Assembly (NCBI GenBank): GCA_951406725.2
Contig: OX597831.1
Location: 68,696,001 to 68,760,000 of the forward strand
Origin: Octopus vulgaris
Lineage: Eukaryota
Reading direction: 5' to 3'
Length of the DNA stretch: 64,000 bases
In this document: positions 1 through 11,825 of the stretch, in pieces
Layout of the letters: every line of letters begins with the position of its first letter
Position numbering within the stretch: position 1 is the first letter of the stretch
Notes under the pieces: generated by a model
Database searches by the model: none
Told to the model about the DNA's origin: nothing
The model's input: only the letters and a program-made list of their open reading frames with translations
Translations under genes and position numbers: made by a program

Positions 1-241
1 AGTTTCAACAGCCCTGAACTAAGAACAATAAAGATTTTAAGCATTTATTGTTGAACACAGAATTTCAGTGGCTGTCAAAGGGTAAGTTTCTATTCCCTTT
101 TTAAAACAGTTGTTGACTTCTTGCAACACTTGTATTCTGTTCTTTGTGATGAACCAAGAAATCTGAAGCATGACATTGCTTATTGGGCAAATATATTCAT
201 GAAGTTCAAAGAAATTAATTTGCAACTGCAAGGAAATAAAG

Positions 242-470
242 TTAAACCTTTTGTTACAGTATTTATTTTGAGATGCTCTGTGTTTCTTTCAATTACTTTA
301 AATATAGCAAAGGATTTAGTAAAAGAACTTAGTTATCATTCAGCTAGTGTTAGAAACGTAAATTGTGACTAAGGTTTGGTGGAAGATTTTAATCCAGAAC
401 TTATGAAAACAAGACATTTGTACTACAGAGCCAGAGGTGATTTCAGGTGGGTTGGTGTCAAAAGGGTTAA
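242..470. mobile_element. ~225-bp TTAA-flanked MITE (piggyBac-type non-autonomous), copy 1
   Basis: ttaa-accttttgttac...gtcaaaaggg-ttaa termini; same body as five other copies. Confidence 0.85.
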
Positions 471-493
471 GAATTGTTTCTCTATTATATATT

Positions 494-723
494 TTAACCC
501 TTTTGTTACTGTATTTATTTTGAGATGCTCTGTGTTTCTTTGAATTACTTTAAATATAGCAAAGAATTTAGTAAAATAACTTAGTTATCATTAAGCTAGT
601 GTTAGGAACATAAATTGTGACTAATGTTTGGTGGAAGATTTTAATTCAGAACATATAAAAAACAAGACATTTGTACTTGGAGACAGAGCTGGTTTCAGCC
701 GGGTTGGTAATGAAAGGGGTTAA
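494..723. mobile_element. TTAA MITE, copy 2
   Basis: ttaacccttttgttac...gtaatgaaaggggttaa; near-identical to 3899-4127. Confidence 0.9.
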
Positions 724-1429
724 ACCTTATCAAAGTAAAATCAACCCTCTCCCTGTTTCTGTCCAAGTTACAGCTATTCAAATGTAACATAAGCTATCAT
801 TAGTTCTTCCAATTTCTGAGCCTATCTGGATTGGTGATGGAAAAACACATACCAGAAAATGTGATCCAAGTGTACTGCTCACACCGAGATATGTCAGACA
901 AATTTCATGATATTCATTTTTAATTAAAATATCAGTCTGGATCATTCCTAGATACCAGTAAAGAGGTAACAAGAATATTGGAACAAGAAATGGTTCCACT
1001 TTAACCCCTTCCTCAGTGACTTTTTTTGGAGAAAGTGTTTCATTTTCAGACAAATGTTTTTATTGCCTTTTTTTATAGTATTTTTAATGCTGTTTATGGA
1101 AATAACTTCTGTTTTTATCCATTTCCTATATTTTACTTGAAATTTTATTTTGAAGATACAATTTTCAGCAAAAATGAGATAACTCGTCTTCCCATATTTT
1201 TTAATATTTCTTTTATTTATTGCTTTTTTTCCCCCAACTTTATCATCAAAAGTAAAGGAGAATGACACATTTATTTTATTCTTTTTTTAGCATGTCTTCT
1301 CAAAAATCTTTATATGTATTTTTTTTTCTTCAATTTTCATAACAAAAAGTAAATGTAAATAAAATACTGTATTTATTTTATTTTTTATTTTACTTCATCT
1401 TCCCACACATATTATTTTCTCTGGCATTT

Positions 1430-3300
1430 TATGAATGAATATTTGTAATGGTATTTTTCGAAGCATGATACTACACATATATCATGACTCCTTCCTGATT
1501 GGTTTCCGTCTATGGCCACTTTTCAGACAACATACAGCACATTTTCTTCTTGAATTTGTCTTCTTTTGTGTTGTTTGAATTTCCTCTGGAAAATGTCCTG
1601 GTGTAAAATGCAAACATCTTGGTGAAGTCAAAGGTCTACCTACTACTTAAGTAGACTGTAAATCTGCTCCATATTTTGCGATGGTATCTCGTATTATCTG
1701 CATACAAAATATCAGGTGTATGAAGGCTTTTTTTTTCTGCCTCAGTGACTGCTACATTGTACAATAAGTAAGAATTCTATATCACAAGGTCGATCAAATG
1801 GAAGAAGACTTTCTTGTAATATTTCTTACCAAATTTTCTTGTGATGGGATAATCTACTAGTTGTCGGTTCACCTTGTCATCTCCACCCATTGTAAAATTG
1901 TAACCATATACCACTGTTGGTTTCTTCATAGGCTATTGTCTTGTGTCAAAATCCTTCATAGTGGGGTTTCAAAGCATTCCAACGTCCTTCTTGTCTTTCC
2001 TCCTTGTCCTTCCATTATCTTACATCATTGACATGCTGTAACTTTACCATTCTTTCAACTTCGCTCTTTTCACCTGTTCAGGCACTTCCTTTCTATTCAA
2101 ATTGAGAGGTCCATAAATATCAATGTAGCGACTAACCAGAGTGTCAGCTAATTGTGGACTAGTATAAATGTTATCCACAATAAACTTTACCAAGTAAAAG
2201 CTTCATCAGAGACAACACATCACGAGAATTCATGGGATATTCACTATATTCTGAATCAAGCTGTGTTCCTTAGCCAACATAAATGATTATTCTATACACA
2301 AATCCAGTCTTGGTTTCATACACAAAAAAATACTTCACTTCAAACCTCCTCCTTTTTAGAGGTATATACTGCACCCATCCTAACCTTCCCCCAAACAACA
2401 TAAGGCTTTCATCTATAGATAAATCTTGGTTAGGGGTATAACACTTCATAAAGTTCTCACTAAACATCATAAACACATCATAAACTTTATACAATTTTAG
2501 GTTGGGATGTGTTTCTGCATCAAAAGTTTCATTATTCACAAAATGAAGAAGATACTGTTTTATCTTATTATGGCATTTCAAGCTGATCAGCTTCCAAAAG
2601 ATTGGTCTTTCAAGTATTTCATCTTTCAACCAGTTCATTTCTTGATCTGCCATTCTCACAATGCCCCTAAGCATTTTCAAGGCGAAAAACACACAAATTT
2701 CTGCCTTTGTTACAGGGCGCCAAATACAATCTCTTTCTTCAGTTTGTTCCGCAAAGCAATTAGCTTTGTCCACAACTCGATCAATAATTCTGTTGTCACA
2801 AAAAAGACTAAAAAAAATCCAAAGGAATCACATCAGCTGTGTTTTGATCAATTGATATTCCAAGATTTCCAGTGAATGGGAAGTGTGGTGGTGGAGGAAG
2901 CATGCATTCTTCCAACACCACATGTTGATACCAAATTCCTCCTCCTCCTCCTCCTCCATACTCTCCTCCCCTCCTCTTCCATATTCTCCTCCCCTCCTCC
3001 TCCATATTCTCCTCCCCTCCTCCTCCTCCATACTCTCCTCCCCTCCTCCTCCATACTCTCCTCCCCTCCTCCTCCGCCTCATCCTTCATACTCTCCTCCC
3101 CCACCTCCTCCATACTCTCCTCCTCCTCATCCATACTCTTCTCCCCCTCCTCCGTCTCATCCTCATCCTCCATACTCTTCTCCTCCTCCTCCTTACTTGA
3201 GAGGAAATAGCCATTATTAGACAAGCTTGCACTCTCATCTGATGTATCCAAGCTTCTAATAGAAGGTTCATACTCATTGTTATCTTCTGAGCTCGACATC
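1430..3300 (-). pseudogene. piggyBac transposase pseudogene (PGBD4-like)
   Basis: YTPNQDLSIDESLMLFGGRLGWVQYIPLKRRRF (ORF 2270-2773), DNIYTSPQLAD (~2145-2180), YNFTMGGDDKV...KKYYKKVFFHLID (~1790-1910), acidic N-terminus, Cys-containing C-terminus; frameshifts and stops. Confidence 0.9.
2936..3192. repeat. Imperfect ~21-30-bp (ctccatactctcctcccctcctc) minisatellite in the piggyBac N-terminal region
   Basis: About 10 visible tandem units; source of the overlapping E/G/R/P-rich ORFs. Confidence 0.85.
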
Positions 3301-3360
3301 TGGGTGTCATTTGTAAAAAAAAACCCAGAAAAATCCAAGAAATGTCGAGAATTGACGTTT

Positions 3361-3538
3361 AGGCACAGGAGTGGCTGTGTGGTAAGTAGCTTGCTTACCA
3401 ACCACATGGTTCTGGGTTCAGTCCCACTGCGTGGCACCTTGGGCAAGTGTCTTCTACTATAGCTTCGGGCTAGCCAAATCCTTGTGAGTGGATTTGGTGG
3501 ACAGAAACTGAAAGAAGCCTGTTGTATATATGTATGTG

Positions 3539-3583
<45 letters not shown>

Positions 3584-3788
3584 TTGTGTTTCTGTGTTTG
3601 TCTCCCCAACATCGCTTGACTACCGATGCTGGTTGTGTTTACATCCCTGTAACTTAGCGGTTTGGCAAAAGAGACTGATAGAATAAGTACTAGGCTTACA
3701 AAGAATAAGTCCTGGAGTCGATTTGCTCGACTAAAAGTGGTGCTGCAGCATGGCCACATTCAAATGACTGAAAGTAAAAAGAGAGAGT
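3361..3788 (+). mobile_element. tRNA-derived SINE family A (full length, inserted in piggyBac)
   Basis: Head ggcacaggagtggctgtgtggtaag (A box), gggttcagtccc (B box), CORE-like ccttgggcaagt, internal (TA/TG)n, tail ggtgctgcagcatggcc...gactgaaa; ~19 copies or fragments in the window. Confidence 0.9.
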
Positions 3789-3898
3789 ATAAACTCATCT
3801 GTGGCTGTTTTTGAAATTATATGTTTTGGACGAGTTTACTCATCGTACTCTGAAAAAGACAAATTGGGTGAAGACAAGTTAACTCATCTTTGCCAAGT

Positions 3899-4127
3899 TT
3901 AACCCTTTCGTTACTGTATTTATTTTGAGATGCTCTGTGTTTCTTTCAATTATTTTAAATATAACAAAGAATTTAGTGAATTAACTTCATTATCATTAAG
4001 CTAGTGTTAGGAACATAAATTGTGACTAAGGTTTGGTGGAAGATTTTAATTCAAAACTTATGAAAACAAGACATTTGTACTAAAGAGCCAGAGCTGGTTT
4101 CAGCCGGGTTGGTAACGAAAGGGTTAA
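3899..4127. mobile_element. TTAA MITE, copy 3, inserted in the TTAA inside the piggyBac terminus
   Basis: Perfect termini ttaaccctttcgttac...gtaacgaaagggttaa, followed by gggg-ttaa. Confidence 0.92.
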
Positions 4128-4809
4128 GGGGTTAAAATGACATTGAACTGAGGCCAAAATTTTAAAAAATTATATTAGAATTTTTTATTGCAAAAGGACA
4201 TTACTGATTGCTATCTTGCACTGTGGAACAAAGGCAAGATGTACTTCATTGTATTCCGGACAACATATTTTGTAGAGTTGCCCAGATTTTTTCAAAGCCA
4301 AGAAGCAGACAGAAAATTATTGAATACTGGGGTCTAAGACTACTTCTTAGTAACTTTCAGCCTGATTTCAAGAAGCTGATATCCCTGCAAAATGTACTGA
4401 AATTGCATTAAAAATATGAAAACAACATAGTTACAGGTGAGATGTAAATTTACTCTTTCACATTGTAAAATCAATAAAATAATGGATTAATTATATTAAG
4501 TTTATTTATGAAATACAATCGTTTTGAATTCATTGTAGAAAGTGATCTATGTTTGTGGTAGTGGTGGTTATGCGTGTGTGGGTGGGGGTGCTAGGAATGT
4601 GGCCTGGTTGCCAAGGTGACAGCAGTCCCAAAAGGTTTGGAAACAACTGTTCTCTATTTAGGTAACTATTTATAGGCATGCATAAAATATAGACAGAATA
4701 TGAATGTTAATGCAGGTTGTATATGACAGACCATAAAGAAAGTAGATAGGAAAAAGGTGGATGGAGACATAAAAAGTGACCAAAACCAAATCTACAGAAA
4801 GAGAGAGAG

Positions 4810-4847
<38 letters not shown>

Positions 4848-4960
4848 GCCTTGTACAAAGTTGTAAAACTGTCCAACATGTCAGAGTTGTCAGATTGACA
4901 ATTAGCAGGTTAGTACATTTGGAAACATTTATATAACATGTGTATAATCTCTAATGTGTA

Positions 4961-5002
<42 letters not shown>

Positions 5003-5065
5003 CATATATATACAAATATATGTATAAATATATATATATACAAATATATATATATATGTATATAT

Positions 5066-5415
5066 ACTCTTTTACTTGTTTCCGTCATTTGACTGCGGCC
5101 ATGCTGGAGCACCACCTTTAGTCAAATAAATCGACCCTAGGACTTATTCTTTTTGCTGAGCTGCTAAGTGACGGGGACATAAAGACATGAACATTGGTTG
5201 CCAAGTGATGGTGCAGGGACAAACACAGACACAAACAACAAACACATACATACATATATATATGACAGGCTTCTTTCACTTTCTGTCTACCAAATCCACT
5301 CACAAGGCTTTGGTTGGCCTAAGGCCATAGTAGAATGCACTTCCCATAGGTGCCACACAGTGGGAATGAATCCAGAACCATATGGTTGGGAAGCAAGCTT
5401 CTTATCACACAGTCA
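5066..5415 (-). mobile_element. SINE family A (internal deletion)
   Basis: Reverse complement of family A tail and head. Confidence 0.85.
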
Positions 5416-5934
5416 CTTTTGCATATGTATGTATGTATGTATGTATGTATGCATGCATCATTTAATATACACATTATTTAGATATGTGCTACTATTCATT
5501 TCATACTGTGAAAACACAATAAACTGACAAGCTCTTATATCAAATCTTATGTTTCTAAGAAATCTTTCAGACTCAAATACACAATATGGGCAGCCTTTTT
5601 TTTTTTTATAAAATGAGAAAGAATGCTGGTTTTTGAAAAAAAAACATTCAAGAAAAGACACTTGGTCTTTCAGAAAACCTAAGAAAGAATGAGACAAAGG
5701 TAAAGGTAAAAAGCGGAATGAGAAAAAAAGCAAATAGTGGAATGGGAAAAATTAAAAAGAAAAAGAAAACAAAACAAAAAAAATCAAGAATTGCATCCTT
5801 TTCTCCATTCGAATCAGAATTAATATGGATAGCATTTGAATCAGAGTTAATATAGTTGCTGTAAATTAATTCTACAAGGAAGGAGTCAAAGTCTGTGAGA
5901 TTGCATGCTTAATGTGAATAGAATAGTGTGCTCC

Positions 5935-6290
5935 AGTCCATCAAAAGAAGTTTGTCCATATGTTTACATTTAATGAAAATTTCAAATCTTGAATTTAGTA
6001 GGCCCACGGAGTTCATAGATCTGAAAAGAATATGAGATCTTTCAGTTACACTATGCCTGCATCCATTAATATATGATATGGATCACTTCATAATGCTCCA
6101 CATAATGGTGCATAGTGTGCCATTGGCCTTCAAATCCCATATATGGTTAGCTAAATTTATGGCTTCCTTTTTATCCAAGTGTTGGAAAGAAGACTGGCAG
6201 TCTGCAGGTCATTTTCTAAAAGTTTTCATTTGGGTTTCCTTATTTTGGAGCATTGCTGTGACTTCAGCTGAATAAACCACTGAGCTGATC
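5935..6290 (-). pseudogene. Penelope-like element GIY-YIG C-terminal relic (Naiad/Chlamys-like)
   Basis: Minus strand reads TFRK*PADCQSSFQHLDKKEAINLANHIWDLK...IMWSIM...LLNSRFEIFIKCKHMDKLL; same pattern as 52300-52690. Confidence 0.7.
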
Positions 6291-6315
6291 ATGCATACAT
6301 ACATATATATATATA

Positions 6316-6358
<43 letters not shown>

Positions 6359-6400
6359 AAATAAATCTCTGAACGAGGTATAAACAGTAGCTGCATGACA

Positions 6401-6516
6401 ATGTGAAGCATATTCGCCACTTAAATGTAGATAACCACTAAGGGTGGGTGCTACAACCTACAGTAGCATCCACCCTTAGTGGTTAGCCACATTTAAGTGG
6501 CAAATATGCTTCACAT
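6401..6516. repeat. Fold-back: 54-bp inverted arms, 8-nt loop, inside (TA)n
   Basis: atgtgaagcatattcgccac...gtgctac / gtagcatcc...atatgcttcacat, ~4 mismatches. Confidence 0.9.
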
Positions 6517-6536
6517 ATATATATATATATATATAT

Positions 6537-6938
6537 ATATTGTTATATTTCGGAATGGTCATATTGCTAGTTTAGCCAATAAAAACACACGCACTATATA
6601 TTTGGTGTTATTTTGCTTCAGTGATATTTATTTTTTACATTAATCTTAATCTTATTTCGGCCAAAGTTCTTTCGTCACACTCCTGACGGTTAGTAAGGAG
6701 AGACACAAGTAAGTGAGAAGAAAACAAAGGACCACTGATGCGGTCACAGGAGTGTGACGAAAGAACTTTGGCCGAAATAAGATTAAGATTAATGTAAAAA
6801 ATAAATATCACTGAAGCAAAATAACACCAAATATATAGTGCGTGTGTTTTTATTGGTTAAACTAGCAATATGACCATTCCGAAATATAACAATATCTGTT
6901 TCAACACACGACTTCACATAAAAAATCTTGCACAACAA
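6537..6938 (+). mobile_element. Fold-back PLE-type short element (family FB1), ~148-bp arms, candidate HHR
   Basis: Arms 6537-6685 and 6747-6895 nearly perfect; second copy at 60943-61360; flanked by (TA)n. Confidence 0.8.
6729..6773 (+). ncRNA. Candidate minimal type I hammerhead ribozyme, A9C core variant
   Basis: ggacca-CTGATGC-g-gtcaca(ggag)tgtgac-GAAA-gaac-TT-tggcc; stem I gg(a)cca/tggcc. Confidence 0.5.
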
Positions 6939-6965
6939 ATATATATATATATATATATATGTATA

Positions 6966-7527
6966 TTGGGTTGTCTGGAAAGTTTGTGCCAACTTTTAAA
7001 GGAAAGAAAAAGTTCAATAAATACTTACCATTACATTTTTAATCAACCAAATATGAACCATTTTGTTGCACAATGCATCTCCATCTTTCTTTTAGCTTGA
7101 AAATACCCTCTTCCCAGAATTGAAGTGGTTTCATGGCAAAGAATTCAAGGTATTTTTTACGTCATCCAAGGAATTGAAATTTTTACCATTAAGACTATTC
7201 TGCAGAGAACTGAATAAGTGGAAATATGAAGGAGCAATATCTGGTGAATATGGAGTGTGGGGTAACACATCCCAGCCAAGCTGCAGCAATTTTTGTCTGG
7301 TTCCCAAAGCATCAAGTACCGGAAATAAACTTTCTTATCTTCCATTTTAACGGGTTGCAGAATTAACACAGGTTATAGGAACATAAATCTTCTTCCACGA
7401 AAAGATAGCTTAAACTGTACTCTAAATGGAGGTGTAGTCAAATCCTATTTTATGGACTAAACCATGTTCTAAAATAAGTCGAAAAGTAAGCTACTATAAA
7501 TTGGCACGAACTTTCTGGACAATCCAA
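6966..7527 (-). mobile_element. Internally deleted mariner (~560 bp)
   Basis: 27-bp TIRs ttgggttgtctggaaagtttgtgccaa / ttggcacgaactttctggacaatccaa; minus strand PYSPDIAPSYFHLFSSLQNSLNGKNF. Confidence 0.88.
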
Positions 7528-7719
7528 TTTATATATATATAATGTAAAAGGGTAAAGGTATTCATTGATTTTTACATTCATTTATCTGTGTTTGCATGGG
7601 TTAGATAAATTGAGGCATTGATTTTTCAAGTCAGTGATCTATTATTTGATGTAATTTCAAAGGTGTTATTGTTTGTAGCTTGTGGTGTTCAGAGAATATC
7701 TAAAGAAACATGTCAATCG

Positions 7720-8040
7720 CATACACATTCATATACATATGTATGTACATACACACTAACACATACACACACACGCTTGTACATACATACATACATACAT
7801 ACTTACATACATACATACATATATGCATACATACATACATGCATACATGCATACATACATGCATGCATACATACATACATGCATGCATACATGCATACAT
7901 ACATACATGCATACATGCATGCATACATACATACATACATACATACATACATACATACACACATACATACATACATACATACATACATACATGCATGCAT
8001 GCATACATACATACATACATACATACATACATACATACAT
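7720..8040. repeat. (TACA/TGCA)n microsatellite
   Basis: Direct inspection. Confidence 0.95.
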
Positions 8041-8104
8041 TAGAAGATGCTTACTCAAGGTGGGACTGTATCTAAAACTCTGTGGACATGCAGGTAGGAA
8101 GTGA

Positions 8105-8755
8105 ACTTCTTAACCACACAGCATGCTTGTGGGGTAAGAAGTTTGCTTTCCAACCACATGGTTCTGGATTTGGTCCCACTACATGACACCTTGGGTCAGT
8201 GTCTTCTACTATATATTTATTTACTACCCACAAGGGGCTAAACACAGGAGACAAACAAGGACAGACAAACGGATTAAGTCGATTACATCGACCCCATTGT
8301 GTAACTGGTATTTAATTTATCGACCCCAGAAGACAAAGTCGACCTCGGCGGAAATTAAACTATGTACGTAACGGCAGACGAAATACGGCAACGCATTTCG
8401 CCCGGTGTGCTAACGTTTCTGCCAGCTCACCGCCTTGTGTCTTCTACTATAGCTTCAGGTTGACCAAAGCCTTGTGACTGAATTTGGTAAATCAAAACTG
8501 AAAGAAGCCTGTTGTATAGATATGTGAGTGAGTGAGTGTGTGTGTGTGTGTGTGTGTATCTTTGAGTTTATATTTGACCCCCATCACCACTGGTATGTTT
8601 ACATCCCTGTAACTTAGCAGTTTGGTAAAAGAAAGTGATAGGATATGTACCGGAATTTAAGAAATAAGTATTACGGTTGATTTTTTGACTAAAATTCACT
8701 AAGGTAGTGCCCCAGCATGGCCACAGTCTAATGACTGAAACAAATAAAAGATAAT
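8105..8755 (+). mobile_element. SINE family A (older), interrupted by a family B copy
   Basis: Family A sequence resumes after the insert. Confidence 0.8.
8214..8436 (-). mobile_element. SINE family B with 15-bp TSD
   Basis: Head ggcggtgagctggcagaaacgttagcac..., tail gccccttgtgggtagtaaa; gtgtcttctactata duplicated at 8199-8213 and 8437-8451. Confidence 0.9.
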
Positions 8756-8966
8756 TATAAAAGACACACACATATATAAAATACAGGTAAAGTTCTCCGG
8801 TTCTCTAAGACACTACAATTGCTAGGCTACACAATCTCTGATGATCTTAACATAAAGTCTTCACATAACTAAAATGACCAAAATGTTTAAGCTACACTAA
8901 TATTAGCCCTTTCTGGAAAATTTCACTCGTTTGCATGCATTCATGGTACGTCGAAGGAAAACTCAC

Positions 8967-9031
8967 AAGTTCCTCCTCCTTTGTCAGTCTTGGAGGCTTT
9001 GTAAAAGTTCAAGGGCTCCGACATTTTCCCT
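8967..9031 (-). CDS. Candidate isolated 65-bp exon of an unidentified host gene ((GK)MSEPLNFYKASKTDKGGGT)
   Basis: Acceptor atctttatattttcctctgacttaatcag, donor gtgagt, apparently non-repetitive, one open frame; no homology recognised. Confidence 0.35.
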
Positions 9032-10261
9032 CTGATTAAGTCAGAGGAAAATATAAAGATGTTAACACTCTAAGTAACTGAAGTGTGATCCACATCTTAT
9101 TACTGCAAACCTTAAGATGGGGAGTTGGTTGAATCGTGGGAACACTGAGAAAGCACTCAGCTGTATTTGTTCTGGATCTTTACATTCCGAGTTCAAATCT
9201 TACTTGAGTCAACTTTACTTGTCTTTCTTTTGAAGTTGATAAAATAAAGAACCAGTGAAGTAATGGGTATTGATTAATGTATTGACTAATCCTTTCCACT
9301 CAAATTTGCCAAAATCAGAAACCATTCTTGCATGCATCGATTGAACAGCATTATGGTGTCTGGTCATCACAGACGCCATGCTTTTTTTCTTCTTACCTCT
9401 TCTACCACTTTTGCAATGATTCACATTTCCATGAACTAGTGAGCTACACACTCCTTCTTGTCATACACTCTGTCTTCTCTCATTATTCAAACCAAGTTTC
9501 ACTGTCTTGTCTTTCGTTAAAAATTTGCATAATTGTTTGACCCCCAAAGCTGCATCTTTCTATCACCAACAACTTTTTATATAGGTGTTGGCTTAGAGAA
9601 GTTAAACTGAATATCAATCATATGGCTTTTAGCAATTTAGAAGGGCCAACAGAAAACATTGAAACTGACCCTTCTCTCCTCTATAATTAATAAAATATCA
9701 ACTGTCAGAGTTCCAGAGCAGTACATCAATATATCACGCATGTTTCAATACACATATTAATATATATGAGATGTATTCAAACATACATACACACATTTAG
9801 GTATACATATAGCTATACATACAGGCACATATATGAACATGTATATCCCTATTATATTTACACACATGCAGAAACACAACCACAAACATCCCTGCACCAT
9901 ACACATGCGAACACATATTCAGGGAATCATTAAAAGAATGTGAAAATATTTTCCTTCAAGATAAGTGGCAAACATAATTAGTTTCAATATTTAGTATTTA
10001 ATAGAGAGTGATGATGGAGGTGGTGACCAGAAGGAAGAAGAGGAGGGGTTTACTCTTCCATAAGTGAACCTGTCACATCTAAAGTGACGCCAGCAACTTT
10101 TTGTAATCCTTCATCAACTGTAGTTCTGCTTTGTAATTTTGGGGCCAAAAATTGGAAAGTTTATCTTAAGTTTCTTTGGTGTTTAAGTTCTTTTTTAGTT
10201 GTTGAAGTATTCTGACGAGGAAAAATTTAGTTTTATCAAGAAATAGAAGCTAAAGATCGTG

Positions 10262-10510
10262 TTCAGACTTCATCAAACAATTTTACTGATAGTGATGACA
10301 ACACCACTGCTACAGCTATTACTGCCACCAACACTATGACTAACACTATTGATACAACTTTTGCTGCTGCTGCTACTACATTTGTTGCTGTTGCTACTTC
10401 CATTGCCACTACGGATGAGGAAAATTCTATTGGCAGTAGCAGTGATGGTGGTAGTGGGGCTGGTGTTGCTGCTACTGTAGCCACTACTGTTGGTGCTGGC
10501 AATGATTTGG
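10262..10510. repeat. Degenerate trinucleotide (GCT/ACT/GGT) low-complexity tract
   Basis: Direct inspection. Confidence 0.7.
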
Positions 10511-10539
10511 TAATAGATTAATCTCTTTCAACTCAAAGT

Positions 10540-11290
10540 CTTCAGTTATAATAGATCATTCTGTGCTGGAATCAATGGTCAATATTCTTAAACAGAATTC
10601 CTTTTGCTTGATTTATTTTTATTTTTACAAATGAAATTTTCCTAATTTCGCTTTTATTCATATGAGAAGGGTTTCCATCATACCTCATATCATAGGCCGT
10701 ATCCCACTTTGGAACTTCAAACTGAAATTCACAAAAATATTGTTTCTCATGTATTTTCTAGCAACAGCTTAATTCTTTCCGAACAGAATGCAATATGTAT
10801 ACATTTTTGTTAGCTTTTACCACTACTCTGTTTGATTCAAATTATTTTGATTGAATTTTCAAACACAGCTGACACATAATAGCTGCTGTTGATAAATGTT
10901 TGAAATAGCTGTGTCAATAGGCTGATTAGACAACTTGTAAAGAGTTTGATGTTCTGTATCCCTTTGCCAATGCTGTACTGTATCCATGCCAAGATAACAC
11001 TTAACAGCCTAGTTCATGCATCAAGTGAAAAATGTCTACATTAAAATTACAAGACAACTTTCGTTTATACTGCTGTATGTGTCTCTTGCTTGGCTGTTTA
11101 TTGTCCATTTCCTATTGATTCATCATTGTATGTCTATCAAAGGTAGATTGGTTGAAATTATATTCATCTAACTGATTTGTCTGTCCTTATCTGAATCTAG
11201 TCCTATCATGTCAGTTGGCAGTATACTCCTCATCAGAATGATATGCCTACCCTTATAAAACAGTCAATGCGAAACTGGCCATAACCAATC
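10540..11290 (-). pseudogene. Possible highly decayed hAT (Ac/ZBED1-like) transposase relic
   Basis: QFEVPKWDTAYDM resembles DVPTRWNSTYDM; upstream DTYSS and DTAISN pieces in hAT order; many stops. Confidence 0.35.
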
Positions 11291-11346
11291 AGATTAATGT
11301 ACAATCAACAGGAAACTAGCAAAAGCAATAAGTCTTTTGAACTCTG

Positions 11347-11410
<64 letters not shown>

Positions 11411-11784
11411 TTCCCAAGCTGTGAAAAAAAAAAGGCACTCAGTGAATCCTGTAAAATGTGGTGATATCTTGTGGTCTATCATAGGAATATGATTTCACAG
11501 TCACTCTCGAAAATGTACATCATATTGTGGTCTATGAAAAATGGATGCTGGATGGTCATTGGTGCATCTGTGGACTTGGCTGTTCTGCTAAAACTACATT
11601 CAACTTTACCTTGCCAGAACACAGTAACAAAATAGCACTTTATAAGAGAGCCAATTTTTTTTTACCTAAACTACACATGGAAAAGCTGAAAAACACACAC
11701 ATTTATATATACCATGGAAAAGCATATAAGTGTATGAGCATATGTGCATGTATGTGCATGTAAGCTTGCACAGACATGCATATG

Positions 11785-11822
<38 letters not shown>

Positions 11823-11825
<3 letters not shown>

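Larger units (their letters stand above)
1005..4131 (-). mobile_element. piggyBac DNA transposon (decayed), TTAA target duplication at 1001-1004 and 4132-4135
   Basis: TTAA-cccctt...aagggg-TTAA termini; removing it restores the hAT frame; imperfect subterminal palindromes (gacgagtttactcatc ~3830, gagataactcgtc ~1176). Confidence 0.85.
1..4649 (+). mobile_element. hAT (Charlie/Buster; ZBED5/SCAND3-like) DNA transposon relic, 3' part, split by MITEs and a piggyBac
   Basis: Translated pieces: DFKHLLLNTEFQWLSKG (cf. LLLHTEVRWLSRG) ~30-85; IAYWANIFMKFKEINLQLQG 175-235; LIKVKSTLSLFLSKLQLFK from ~726; EQEMVPL*|NDIELRPKF joining in frame across 1004/4136; GLRLLLSNFQPDFKKLI to 4411. hAT-like terminus aaaggtttggaaacaactg ends at 4649. 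Confidence 0.85.

Noticed and set aside
2808-3446. Glu/Gly/Pro-rich ORFs (extensin- or keratin-like)
   Set aside because: Products of a minisatellite plus antisense SINE sequence within the piggyBac.
6209-6211. In-frame TGA in the Naiad-like relic as selenocysteine
   Set aside because: It falls at an Arg position (FK.R motif), consistent with CGA>TGA decay; other stops are present.
7618-8104. HTYI/MYVC ORFs and other poly-Y, poly-L, poly-I and HT-repeat ORFs throughout the window
   Set aside because: Translations of microsatellites.
10540-11200. Fanzor/TnpB-like relic (WDTAYDMR; KW...ARDTY)
   Set aside because: Spacing is too long for Fanzor, there are no RuvC or zinc-finger motifs, and the pieces fit hAT (DVPTRWNSTYDM) better.
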